Shown here: positions 8,897-18,777 of the stretch, one piece after another
Layout: every line of letters begins with the position of its first letter
Numbering within the stretch: the stretch's first letter is position 1
Assembly: GCA_963744145.1 (NCBI GenBank)
Contig: CAVUSO010000001.1
Location: 992,001 to 1,056,000, forward strand
Length of the DNA stretch: 64,000 nucleotides
Direction of reading: 5' to 3'
Origin: an uncultured cyanobacterium
GTDB lineage: Bacteria; Cyanobacteriota; Cyanobacteriia; Cyanobacteriales; CAWUOF01
The notes under the pieces: model-generated
Seen by the model: only the letters and a program-made list of their open reading frames with translations
Database searches by the model: none
Told to the model about the DNA's origin: nothing
Made by a program: the position numbers and the translations under genes

Positions 8897-11086
8897 CCCA
8901 TATTCCGCACTTCAAAATGTAGTATAAAAGTTACATAAAGGCCAAGAGCATTAATGAGTATAATTACTTAAATAACCACAGGGCAAAAAAATGAGATGAT
9001 CAGAAAGTCAGCCAAAATCTAAAAACTTCAAAAAAATGATTACTTCATCAGAAATACAAATCAAAAATCTAGACCACTTAGGAATAGTGGCAGGGATAAT
9101 TGATGAAATAGGAATAGTCGAAATAATCAATGATAAATTAGGAATGGATAGCCGCTCAAATATCGATAATGGTCAAGTAGTAAAAGCGATGCTCTTGAAT
9201 GGACTAGGGATGGTATCAAAACCCTTATATTTATTTAGTCAATTCTTTGCAGATAAAGCGATAGAAAAATTGCTAGGACCAAATATTAAAAGTGAATATT
9301 TAAACGACGATAAACTTGGTAGAGTGATGGATAAACTCTATAAATACGGATTAACTAGGCTATTTGTAGAAATCGTATTAGTAACTATAAACAAGTTTAA
9401 AATTGAATCAAAGTATGCCCATTTAGATGCGACATCATTTCATTTACATGGGGAATATAATTATGAAAAAGTCAACCAAGAAAATGAAGATATCATCAAA
9501 GAAAGACCGATATTTATAACTAAAGGATATTCTCGTGATCATCGTTCAGACTTGAAGCAATGTATATTAGACTTGGTGGTAAGTAGCGATGGGGATATCC
9601 CATTATTTATCCGAATCGCCGATGGCAATGAAGCAGATAAGGCTGTCTTTGGCCAGGTTTTTAGCTCATTTAAAAATCAACTAAATTTAGACAGTATTTT
9701 GGTAGCTGATAGTGCTTTATATAGTGAGGAAAATCTAAAAATAATGAAGGATTTTAACTGGATAACTAGAGTCCCAAGCACTATTTCCCAAGCCAAAAAT
9801 TTAATCCAAGTTAAAGAGATAGAACCGGAAAAATATGAGAATTTAGAAAAATTACCTCAACCCGAAAAAGACTTGATTAAAGGTTTACAAGCCAAAGGAT
9901 ATAAGTGGCAAGAAAAAACAGTAAATTACGGAGATATAGAGCAAAGATGGTTAATAGTAGAAAGTGAAAAAAGAAAAAAAAGTGATCGAGAAAAGTTCGA
10001 GAAACAACTCCAGCAATCACAACAGAAAGCCGAAAAAATTCTCAAAAAACTCCAAAATGAAAAATTTGAAAGTATCGCTCAAGCTCGAACTAAACTAACG
10101 GAAATAAATCAATCACTAAAATTTTTTGAGCTCCAGGAAATCAATGTGATTATAACTGGATATAAATCATTAAAAAGCTGGCAGATAGCTGGAAAAGTCG
10201 TGCCAAAACTATCAGAAATAGACCCGAAAAAATCAGAAGCAGGTCGATTTATTTTAGCGACAAATGTTCTGGAACCAGAAAAAATTAAATCTCCAGAAAT
10301 TCTCAGAAGTTATAAAAATCAACAGGGATGTGAGCGGGGATTTGGTTTTCTCAAAGACCCCTTATTTTTTGCCGATAGTTTTTTTGTCAAAAAACCACAA
10401 AGAGTTGAGACAATTTTATTTTTAATGTCTATGTGTTTATTAGTTTATAATCTTGGTCAAAGAGAACTAAGAAAGAATTTACTTAGAACTCAGACTGGAG
10501 TAAAAAATCAAGTCGGTAAATTAACAAGCCGACCGACATTAAGATGGATATTTCAATGTTTTCAAGGAATTCATTTTGTGATTCTAAATGGAGTTGAAAG
10601 AATTATTAACTTGACCGAAGAACGTAATTTTATGTTAGAATTTTTACCCACTTCTTGTCAAAGATATTATCAATAATTCCCTAGTTTTCTGGGCAAAATC
10701 GCTGAGATAATGAAGCACTTCATTATGGGGAGAAATAAATTTTCTTCCTTGACTTTTTGATGGCTATATTCACTAATTTTCATCAAAAAAATACCTTGAT
10801 TGACTTTTTTACTTGCTCTTTCAGATTTTTTTAATAATTCTTCTTTTTATCTTTGTATTCTTGTGTTTTACATAATGAAGGATCAATCTGACCAGCTAGC
10901 AATGCCAAAAGCAACACTTGGTAAGGCAATATCTGTCACTTTAATCAGCATAAGTACTTATTATTTCTAGGATGATTTCCGACCAATTAGTGCTGTGGTG
11001 AGCGGAAAATTTCGGTCATTCATGAGTATAAATGCTCAGATAAATATGTTACAAAGTATATTACAAATTGACGTGCGGAATGTGGG
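8897..11086 (+). mobile_element. IS1634-family insertion sequence, 2190 bp
   Basis: TIRs CCCATATTCCGCACTTCAA / TTGACGTGCGGAATGTGGG (17/19); 6-bp TSD TTAGAA at 8891-8896 and 11087-11092. Confidence 0.95.
9036..10676 (+). CDS. IS1634-family DDE transposase (intact)
   Basis: LDHLGIVAG, HLDATS, GYSRDHR.DLKQ, VADSALY and ERGFGFLK motifs. Confidence 0.95.
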   Translation: MITSSEIQIKNLDHLGIVAGIIDEIGIVEIINDKLGMDSRSNIDNGQVVKAMLLNGLGMVSKPLYLFSQFFADKAIEKLLGPNIKSEYLNDDKLGRVMDKLYKYGLTRLFVEIVLVTINKFKIESKYAHLDATSFHLHGEYNYEKVNQENEDIIKERPIFITKGYSRDHRSDLKQCILDLVVSSDGDIPLFIRIADGNEADKAVFGQVFSSFKNQLNLDSILVADSALYSEENLKIMKDFNWITRVPSTISQAKNLIQVKEIEPEKYENLEKLPQPEKDLIKGLQAKGYKWQEKTVNYGDIEQRWLIVESEKRKKSDREKFEKQLQQSQQKAEKILKKLQNEKFESIAQARTKLTEINQSLKFFELQEINVIITGYKSLKSWQIAGKVVPKLSEIDPKKSEAGRFILATNVLEPEKIKSPEILRSYKNQQGCERGFGFLKDPLFFADSFFVKKPQRVETILFLMSMCLLVYNLGQRELRKNLLRTQTGVKNQVGKLTSRPTLRWIFQCFQGIHFVILNGVERIINLTEERNFMLEFLPTSCQRYYQ

Positions 11087-11390
11087 TTAGAAGTGATGAA
11101 TGGTGAATATGAAGATTTTGAATTGGCAGACTTAGTTAATAAAAATCAGATCATAATCGATGCTTATAAACTGCTAAATTTAACCTACTCTTACTCAGTT
11201 AAAGAATTATTCTCAGTCGTTGATGAGAGTTTAGCCGCATTGCCCGGAGGTGAAGAGTGGGCTATGGGCAGAAGGAAGAAAAAATAGGTCGTTCAGATTT
11301 GGGTTAGGGATGAAGAAAGACGATCAAAATTAATACCGTGGAAAACTAGTAGAATTGTTGGTGTTGCTGATTTACGGTATGAATAAATTT

Positions 11391-11463
11391 GTAGGGGCAT
11401 AAGGCCCTATGCCCGACCGTATTGCCGCATCCATATAGAGGGCGTATTGTCATACGTCCCTAC
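11391..11463. repeat. REP doublet (GTAGGGGC...GCCCC / GGGCGTAT...ATACGTCCCTAC)
   Basis: Two imperfect hairpins of the family seen at 17826. Confidence 0.65.
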
Positions 11464-11504
11464 AGGATTTTCATGTCCCTGATTAAGCAACGCCAAAAAA
11501 TTAA

Positions 11505-11906
11505 CTATTCAACTGGTACAGGTTCCCAAATTTCGCCATATTTTTCCCGGAGTGAATACCAAGCTTCTACCTGTCCATCTGCATATTCACCTGGTTTATT
11601 CCATTGTAAAAATAAACTTAAAGCCGTTTCTTCTTTTTCATCTAAAAACCGAATTGCATATGTAGTAAAATTGCCTCTTTTCGAGTCACCAAGCTCAAAT
11701 TTAACTTTAATAATCCTATCCATATTTAAGTGAAACTCAAACGCTTCATTGTGCATATTTGCATACTTACCTTTCGGTAATTCTGCATAAAAAAGTTTTT
11801 CAATTGTTCCTTGAGCTTCTAAAACTGCGGCACTACTAGTCACAATTAAACGCAATCTTCCTAAAGTATGACATATTTCTAAAAATTCTTTCAGTGTAGT
11901 AGACAT
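11505..11906 (-). CDS. ChuX/HutX-like heme-binding protein
   Basis: LRLIVTSSAAVLE...GKYANMH...FEFHLN...YAIRFLD pattern. Confidence 0.75.
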   Translation of the reverse strand: MSTTLKEFLEICHTLGRLRLIVTSSAAVLEAQGTIEKLFYAELPKGKYANMHNEAFEFHLNMDRIIKVKFELGDSKRGNFTTYAIRFLDEKEETALSLFLQWNKPGEYADGQVEAWYSLREKYGEIWEPVPVE

Positions 11907-11911
11907 AATGA

Positions 11912-12866
11912 TTATTTTTCCGATTCTTCGTAAGCTGCAACAATTCTTTGGACTAAAGGATGACGGACTACATCAGCTTGGGAAAGACGACAAAAGGCAA
12001 TCCCTTCTACCTGTGCTAAAATTTTCTGAGCTACTACTAAACCTGATGGTTGATTAGTGGGTAAATCAGTCTGAGTAATATCCCCTGTAATTACCATCCG
12101 CGATCGCATCCCCAAACGAGTTAAAATCATTTTCATTTGCGCGGGAGTGGTATTTTGAGCTTCATCTAATATGACAAAAGCATGATTAAGAGTGCGACCT
12201 CGCATATAAGCAAGAGGAGCGACTTCAATAATCCCCCGTTCCATCAGATTAGCCATTTTTTCCGGTTCAATTATCTCATATAAAGCATCATAAAGAGGAC
12301 GAAGATAGGGATTAACTTTTTGTTGTAAATCTCCTGGTAAAAAACCGAGTTTTTCCCCTGCTTCAACTGCGGGACGAGTCAAAATTAGCCTTTCATATTG
12401 ATTATCTAACAGAGCTTGAATCGCAATAATCGCAGCTAAGAAAGTCTTACCTGTCCCAGCTGGACCAATCCCAAAAATCATGTCATAGGTGCGAATTGCT
12501 TCAATATACTGACGTTGACGAAAAGTTTTCGCCCGAATTTCTTGTCCACGTCGGGTTTTCGCTAAAACATCTCGCTGTAAATCCTTTAATTCTTCTTGAC
12601 GATTGGTATCGATCGCATGACGAGCGGTCAGAATATCTACTCCAGTAATCACTTTTCCATGCTTCCAGAAATCTGATAGCGATCGCACCAACATCGAACA
12701 TAATTCGATTTGATTAGCAGTTCCAGAAATCACCAGTTCTGTTCCACGTAGAACCAATTGAGTCTCCAGTTTGCTTCGCTAGAGTTTTCAGATTTTCTTC
12801 CAAATCACCAGAAATCGCGATCGCACTTTCCCTACTGGGTAGATGAATTATTGCGGGTTCACTCAT
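11912..12866 (-). CDS. phoH: PhoH-like ATPase (one extra base at ~12764)
   Basis: GPAGTGKT, RPAVEAGE.LGFLPGDL, RGRT and DEAQN motifs. The true N-terminus MSEPAIIHLPSRESAIA from ATG 12866 is out of frame by +1. Confidence 0.92.
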
Positions 12867-12988
12867 GCAAAAATCATTCCCTTTATTGGCACCAAAAACT
12901 TCTTCTCCTAGTAGCTACTAACAAGTCAAAATAGCAACTTGCATCCCCACCCTAACATGGATGGGGAATCCACCAAGTTAGATCATTC

Positions 12989-13408
12989 TTACTGAGAGCG
13001 GAGCCGGGGGGAATTGCTAGGACGTGGTGGTGATGGTAAAGTACGGGATTTTGGTGCTGGTGCTTGAGGTGGTGGCAAACTTTCTCGACTGCTCGGTTGG
13101 CCACCATAGATATCCAAGCTCACCAATTGCCCAACAGTTTGAGCTGTAGCTTCTAAGACCGACCGGATCGCTTGAATATTGCGTCCACCCCGACCAAATA
13201 CTCGCCCTTTGTCTGCTCCTTCAAAAGCCAGTCGAATCCAAACTAGCCGATTAGTAGGTAATACTTCGCAATCCACTTTCAAAGAAGCAGGCTCTTCGAG
13301 AAATGGTTCCATCAGAAAACGTACTAGCCCATAATAATCTGGGCTAAGAGATGAGACTCGATTGACTGGACTACTGGTAGAATCAGGTACCGACTTGCTG
13401 GAATACAT
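12989..13408 (-). CDS. khpA: KH-domain RNA-binding protein
   Basis: [17 protein letters not shown]xxG KH motif; downstream of rpsP; start uncertain. Confidence 0.85.
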   Translation of the reverse strand: MYSSKSVPDSTSSPVNRVSSLSPDYYGLVRFLMEPFLEEPASLKVDCEVLPTNRLVWIRLAFEGADKGRVFGRGGRNIQAIRSVLEATAQTVGQLVSLDIYGGQPSSRESLPPPQAPAPKSRTLPSPPRPSNSPRLRSQ

Positions 13409-13631
13409 TGTTCTTTTCTAGAATACGCCGCACCGTATCAGTTGGTTGAGCTCCTTGTTTAAGGCGGGTAACTATGCCTGGGATATCAAGAGTAACTTCA
13501 TCAGTTCTAGGATTATAGAAACCGAGTTCTGCCAGGGGACGACCATCACGACGAGTACTACTATTCATGACCACAATGCGGTAACTGGCTTCCCGCTTTT
13601 TGCCGTATCGTTTCAAACGCAATTTGATCAT
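13383..13631 (-). CDS. rpsP: 30S ribosomal protein S16
   Basis: [12 protein letters not shown]...YRIVV...RRDGR...LGFYNP...GAQPTDTV. Confidence 0.98.
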   Translation of the reverse strand: MIKLRLKRYGKKREASYRIVVMNSSTRRDGRPLAELGFYNPRTDEVTLDIPGIVTRLKQGAQPTDTVRRILEKNNVFQQVGT

Positions 13632-13778
13632 GAGTGATAATTTGGCTGTTGGAGTAAATTTTGAGCGATTAACAATTAAATGTTTAAGACAGAGTCAACT
13701 ATTATAGCACTTAATAGAAGAGATCAGGCATCTCACTAAAAATGCTTTTACCCAGAGTTGTTTCATTCTACCAGAACA

Positions 13779-13867
13779 CCTCTCCCCCAACCCCTCTCCT
13801 AAGAGGAAAGGGGAGCAGAATAAATTCTCCCCCTGCCCTGCTAGGGAAGGGGGTTGGGGGGTTAGGT
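13779..13867. repeat. REP-like inverted repeat
   Basis: CCCCCAACCCC...GGGGTTGGGGG outer arms with two internal hairpins. Confidence 0.75.
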
Positions 13868-13874
13868 CAGTATT

Positions 13875-15338
13875 TTAGAAACTGCCAAAGCCTTTCTTCT
13901 TTTTTTCCTTTTTCTTTTTCTTCTGCTGGACATTACCACCAGTATAACCGCGCCAACCTGGTTGATTGGGAGTTTTCGTTGGTGCGCCAAAAGGTCCGGG
14001 CATTCCGGGCATTCCGGGCATTCCGGGCATTCCGGGGATACTAGCACCTTGCCCCATTTGCTGCATCATATTACGCATTTTTTGGAAATCGCTCACCAAT
14101 TTCGATACATCTGACTCCCGATAACCAGAACCACGGGCAATGCGACGACGACGACTAGGAAAACTAGCCAATAATTCTGGGTTTTGCCGTTCATCGGGGG
14201 TCATCGAATTAATCATTGCTTCAGTCCGTTTTAGCTGGACCTCTCCCTGTTGCAGTTGTTCATCAGTAATTTTCATTCCTGGAATCAACTTCAACAAACC
14301 ACCGAGAGAACCCATGTTCTTCAGCATCCGCATTTGCTTGATGAAGTCAGTAAAATCAAACTTAGCTGAGAGAATTTTTTGCTGCATTTTCTCAGCATCA
14401 GCAAGATCAAATTCCTCCTGGGCTTTTTCGACCAGAGTCAGAACATCACCCATCCCCAGAATCCGAGAAGCTAATCGATCTGGATAAAAAGGTTGGAGAG
14501 CTTCAACTTTTTCTCCTGTCCCCACAAACTTAATCGGTGCCCCGGAGATTTGGCGGACTGAAAGAGCTGCACCACCACGACTATCTCCATCCATTTTGGT
14601 GAGGATCGCACCAGTAATCCCAATTTGGGTATGGAAAGTTCGGGTCAGATTGGCCGCTTCTTGGCCAGTCATCGCATCTACTACTAGCAGAGTTTCATGA
14701 GGTTCAACCGTGGCTTTAATCTGAGCCAACTCTGCCATCATATCTTGGTCAATTTGCAGACGACCGGCAGTGTCAATAATAACAGTATCGACACCAGTTG
14801 CCCGCGCCTGAGCGACTCCTTGACGAGCAATTTCTACTGGATCGACATCAGTACCAAGTTCAAAGACTGGTACTTGAATTTGTTGACCCAGAGTTACCAG
14901 TTGAGCGATCGCTGCTGGTCGGTAGATATCAGTTGCAACTAGAAGTGCAGAGAGATTTTGCTTGCGTAAATGTAGAGCCAGTTTAGCTGCTGCGGTAGTT
15001 TTACCAGTACCTTGCAAACCAGCCATGATTATAATCGTCGGGGGAGAATCTGCTGTTACCAGAGGAACATTAGTTTCTCCCATCACCACAACTAGTTCAT
15101 CGTAAACAATCTTAATAAATTGTTGAGCTGGTTTAACACCTGCAATTACCTCTGCACCTAGAGCCTTAGTTTCCACTTGGGCAATAAAGTTTTTGACCAC
15201 CTGGAGATTAACATCGGCTTCGAGCAGCGCCCGACGCACTTCACGCAAGGCTTCTTGGATATTGGATTCACGAATTTTATCCTGGCCCCGCAATTTAGTC
15301 CAGGCAGACTCTAAGCGTTCAGCAAGGGCGTCAAACAT
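13875..15338 (-). CDS. ffh: signal recognition particle protein
   Basis: GLQGTGKTT, DTAGR and TKMDGD GTPase motifs; Met-rich M domain. Confidence 0.98.
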   Translation of the reverse strand: MFDALAERLESAWTKLRGQDKIRESNIQEALREVRRALLEADVNLQVVKNFIAQVETKALGAEVIAGVKPAQQFIKIVYDELVVVMGETNVPLVTADSPPTIIIMAGLQGTGKTTAAAKLALHLRKQNLSALLVATDIYRPAAIAQLVTLGQQIQVPVFELGTDVDPVEIARQGVAQARATGVDTVIIDTAGRLQIDQDMMAELAQIKATVEPHETLLVVDAMTGQEAANLTRTFHTQIGITGAILTKMDGDSRGGAALSVRQISGAPIKFVGTGEKVEALQPFYPDRLASRILGMGDVLTLVEKAQEEFDLADAEKMQQKILSAKFDFTDFIKQMRMLKNMGSLGGLLKLIPGMKITDEQLQQGEVQLKRTEAMINSMTPDERQNPELLASFPSRRRRIARGSGYRESDVSKLVSDFQKMRNMMQQMGQGASIPGMPGMPGMPGMPGPFGAPTKTPNQPGWRGYTGGNVQQKKKKKEKKKKGFGSF

Positions 15339-15511
15339 AGAATTAAGTTAATTTGTATCTAGGGGTGCAAAACAACAAGCGATCGAACCAGTTAGGGCGT
15401 TGCCTTTTGGTTGAGAAAGCATAACTGCTTCTTTACTAGCTTAGTAGATGGCCGTCATAACTGGTCGGTGAAATGGCTTGATGATTTTCAAAAAAATTAA
15501 AATCTTTCAGT

Positions 15512-17791
15512 TTGGTGCATCCTTATATGCAAAATGCCAAGTCCATATCTCCTCGAGAGAAAAAACTGAGTACCAGTGACAAAATCTCTGTTGAAGTCCC
15601 TCCATCAAGCTGTGACCAGGACATTAAACCCGATTTAGACTGGCTCAAAATTTTTCTCAGGTCTAGTCAACTCCTCATTGCTTTAGTCGATCCGGAAACT
15701 TTTACTGTCCAATATGCGAATGACTACTTTTGCCGTTTGACCGGAATAGTCATAGAAAACCATGGGTTCAAGGAACCGCTACTGAATGAACAGGGTAATG
15801 ATGGTGATTTTAGTCCTTTGAACATTCCGTTACTGGATCTATTTCCAGATTTAAAAGAAAAAGCAGCTAGTAATTTATACCGACACTATGTCTTGCATTT
15901 AGTATTGCGGGAATTTTATCAAATTGATTTACCTGGTCTACGTTTATTAGATGAGCCAGTGATCGTTTCCGTAAACAGTCCGATAGATCAACAACCACGT
16001 TTAATTGAATTTTGGGTCAGAGCTGACCGGATTCAAATCACTCGGATTGATCCCCAGCTTGATGAGTTTGACGATTGGCAATTGCTACCTATGCCATTAG
16101 AAACTTTAGCAGTTAAACTAATGGACCCAGACCAAATGCAAGCTTTAGTCCAAAAACTGTGCCTGGAAAATTATCATTTAGAAGGACAAGTGCTGTTAGA
16201 AGGGATAGATGTGACAGAACGAGAGACAATTCGGCATATTACCCGATTGTTGATCGATCGCAACTCGATTTTGCGACCAGAAAAATTTCGCCAAATTAAC
16301 CAACGCTTGCGATCGCTATTTCGGGCTACTAATAGTCTAATTCTTAGTGTCGAAGGTGAACAAGCTCGGTTATTTATCGGCAGCGATCGCAAAGAATTAA
16401 GAGCGACAGTGTACTCTATGGCATCATTACAAGGTTCTCATTTTTTGCGAGCAGCAGAAGCCAATCGGGTCTGGAACTTACCAGATTTAAGCTTAGATTC
16501 TCATACCGAATGCGAGCGATCGCTGCTTAAACAAGGATTTCGGTCTTTACTACTGATTCCCCTACTGGTGAAAGGCATAAAATCACCAAAAGTCCAACAA
16601 TTAGCGGGAGTAGTAGCATTAGGGAGCGATCGCCCCTTTAACTTCGATGGAGTAGATGCTAAATATGCAGAAGAATTAATTCCAGCATTTGCTGCTGCTC
16701 TACGTCAAGCAATTCAACAACGTTTTACCAGCATCCATCCCGCAGTGGAATGGCGATTTTTACAGGAAGCGGAAAGACGGAGCTGGGGATTACCACCAGA
16801 ACCGATCGCCTTTAACGCAGTTTATCCTCTGTATGGAATCTCTGATATTCGTGGTTCATCAGAGGAACGTAATCGCTCAATTCAAGCTGACTTACTCGAA
16901 CAATTTCGTTTAGCTTTAGCAGTAATCAATGCAGTTTGTGATTTCCAAAAAACTTCTTTGGGGGAACAATTGCGTTTGGACTTACTCGATTATATCGAAA
17001 GTCTCAAAGGTCAAATTACTGTCGATGCAGAAGTCACAGCTCTTAAATATCTCAGTGAAAAAGTAGAAATCTACTTTGACTACTTTGCTCAATGTGGACC
17101 AGAAGCTCTGACCGGGGTAGAAGCTTATCGGACTAGCTGTGAGAATGATCATGAGTCAGTCTATATAGCTCGCGCCCATTATGATCAGATGATTAATCAA
17201 ATTAATACTAAGCTAAAAGAAACTTGGGAACAATGGCAATTACGGATGCAGCAAATTATTCCCCACTATGCTGATTTAGAGTCCACGGATGGGATTAATC
17301 ACATGATTTACGTGGGGGAATCGATCGACCCAAAATTTACAGCTTTTCATCTGCGAAGTCTACGTTATGAACAATTAAAAGCGGTGTGTGACTGTGCCCG
17401 TACTGCTCTGAGTCTTCAAACTGAGTACCATACTAAAATGGAAGTCACCCACTTAATCTTAGTCCAAGACCTAACTGTCGATATTTTTCACGATAACAAT
17501 ACAGAAAGACTCTTTGAGGTGCGAGGTACTCGCGACATCCGCTACGAAATCGTGAAAAAGCGGATTGATAAAGCTGTTGATGAGCAAACCCAAACTCGGA
17601 TTACCCAACCAGGAATGCTCACCTTAGTTTACTCAACCGAAGAAGAGTGGGGTGAATACCAGGAATATCTACGCTATTTAAGTCGTGAAGGCTGGGTAGA
17701 CAATCAGATTGAATCTGGTACAGTTGAACCATTGCAAGGAATTACTGGTCTGAAATTTGCCCGTGTCAAGGTTTTACCAGTTTCTAGTTAG
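15512..17791 (+). CDS. PAS-like/GAF sensor with uncharacterised C-terminal domain
   Basis: YANDYFCRLTG (PAS-like); GFRSLLLIPLLVKG...GVVALGSDRP..F (GAF); ATG start may be 15527. Confidence 0.8.
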   Translation: MVHPYMQNAKSISPREKKLSTSDKISVEVPPSSCDQDIKPDLDWLKIFLRSSQLLIALVDPETFTVQYANDYFCRLTGIVIENHGFKEPLLNEQGNDGDFSPLNIPLLDLFPDLKEKAASNLYRHYVLHLVLREFYQIDLPGLRLLDEPVIVSVNSPIDQQPRLIEFWVRADRIQITRIDPQLDEFDDWQLLPMPLETLAVKLMDPDQMQALVQKLCLENYHLEGQVLLEGIDVTERETIRHITRLLIDRNSILRPEKFRQINQRLRSLFRATNSLILSVEGEQARLFIGSDRKELRATVYSMASLQGSHFLRAAEANRVWNLPDLSLDSHTECERSLLKQGFRSLLLIPLLVKGIKSPKVQQLAGVVALGSDRPFNFDGVDAKYAEELIPAFAAALRQAIQQRFTSIHPAVEWRFLQEAERRSWGLPPEPIAFNAVYPLYGISDIRGSSEERNRSIQADLLEQFRLALAVINAVCDFQKTSLGEQLRLDLLDYIESLKGQITVDAEVTALKYLSEKVEIYFDYFAQCGPEALTGVEAYRTSCENDHESVYIARAHYDQMINQINTKLKETWEQWQLRMQQIIPHYADLESTDGINHMIYVGESIDPKFTAFHLRSLRYEQLKAVCDCARTALSLQTEYHTKMEVTHLILVQDLTVDIFHDNNTERLFEVRGTRDIRYEIVKKRIDKAVDEQTQTRITQPGMLTLVYSTEEEWGEYQEYLRYLSREGWVDNQIESGTVEPLQGITGLKFARVKVLPVSS

Positions 17792-17825
17792 GTCGAAATC
17801 TGTCATCGATGGATACAATTATATT

Positions 17826-17853
17826 GTAGGGGCGTATAGCAATACGCCCCTAC
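17826..17853. repeat. REP palindrome / possible bidirectional terminator
   Basis: GTAGGGGCGTAT-AGCA-ATACGCCCCTAC, a perfect 12-bp stem between convergent genes. Confidence 0.85.
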
Positions 17854-17876
17854 CAGAATGACCCAACGAAAAAACT

Positions 17877-18266
17877 CTAACGAGCTACAAATGTGGTCAT
17901 GACTGACTCTTGACGACAACCTTTTAGTCCTAAATTTGGCTGTTGACGGTATTCTTGCTGGGGAATCCAAACACTGACTGTAGAATCTAAGCCAATAGAG
18001 TATAAGTATTCTACGTTTGGATCATAAGTGACCCCTACTCTTAGATTGGAGTAATCATCTTCGCAAATTTCAAACCCGAACCGAACCACAATCTGGGCAA
18101 CTAAGCATCCAGGTGTGTTATCGTGTTCCCCACAAGTTTCTCTTTCTTGCCAAAATTTTTCGAGAAAACGGTTTAAAATCGGCAGAACCTTGGAGGGTGT
18201 TCCATTTCTGCTAGCGTAGATGATGGCTGGATTCTCAGCAACGATAATGTGACAAGGTGTCGGCAT
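17877..18266 (-). CDS. conserved hypothetical protein
   Basis: ATG-initiated ORF with plausible composition, filling the gap between genes. Confidence 0.7.
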   Translation of the reverse strand: MPTPCHIIVAENPAIIYASRNGTPSKVLPILNRFLEKFWQERETCGEHDNTPGCLVAQIVVRFGFEICEDDYSNLRVGVTYDPNVEYLYSIGLDSTVSVWIPQQEYRQQPNLGLKGCRQESVMTTFVAR

Positions 18267-18345
18267 AGATTTTAACTTCTTTAAAATTATGTCAAGCTGT
18301 TCTATTCATGCTAACCATTAAAGAGCGTGATCAGGAGTGTAAGGA

Positions 18346-18765
18346 GTGAACGCAGCTGAACAGGTCATCAACTTTGAAGTCGCGAACAAGATTGCTAGTA
18401 TTGTTAATTTATTTAAGTCAGAGTTTCCTGACATTCGCGCTGATTTAAACCCTTGGAGCAATGACCCGGATACGCGGGAGTTAGTTGATCCCGATTCCAT
18501 TGATATTGGGTTTCATTTTCCTGGTCGCAGTCGCTCATTCCAAAGTCGTAGTCTGTTAGTTCAGATTCGCTTTTACGAAGATCCGATCGATGGTCAGCGA
18601 CGGGCGATCGGTGTGGAAGTTTTAGGATATGATCATCAAGGTCAACAGTGGCGTTTCTCGACAGTGGAAAATTGGCGCTTTGGTGGAGTGACTGAGCCAA
18701 ACCAAATTGTAGCAGAACAACTTAAGCAGCTCTGCCGACATATATTTGAGTTATTTAATGGTTAA
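18346..18765 (+). CDS. conserved cyanobacterial hypothetical protein
   Basis: AAGGA immediately upstream; DLNPW..DPDT...DPDSIDIGFHFPG pattern. Confidence 0.75.
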   Translation: MNAAEQVINFEVANKIASIVNLFKSEFPDIRADLNPWSNDPDTRELVDPDSIDIGFHFPGRSRSFQSRSLLVQIRFYEDPIDGQRRAIGVEVLGYDHQGQQWRFSTVENWRFGGVTEPNQIVAEQLKQLCRHIFELFNG

Positions 18766-18777
18766 TCTAGTTCTTAA

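Larger units (their letters stand above)
8564..11287 (+). pseudogene. DUF29-family paralog B interrupted by IS1634
   Basis: Removing 8897-11092 restores ...YQASLEVMNGEYEDF..., colinear with paralog A (EASAEVMAGEY). Confidence 0.9.

Noticed and set aside
11422-11733. Plus-strand 103-aa ORF and similar short antisense ORFs (e.g. 14140, 28018, 37253, 51194, 58221)
   Set aside because: They lie antisense to well-supported genes or start within REP repeats, with no independent coding evidence.
13995-14036. 9-bp tandem repeat CCGGGCATT and the ORFs with ECPECP / RAFRAF repeats
   Set aside because: It encodes the ordinary PGMPGM tail of Ffh; the other frames are shadows.
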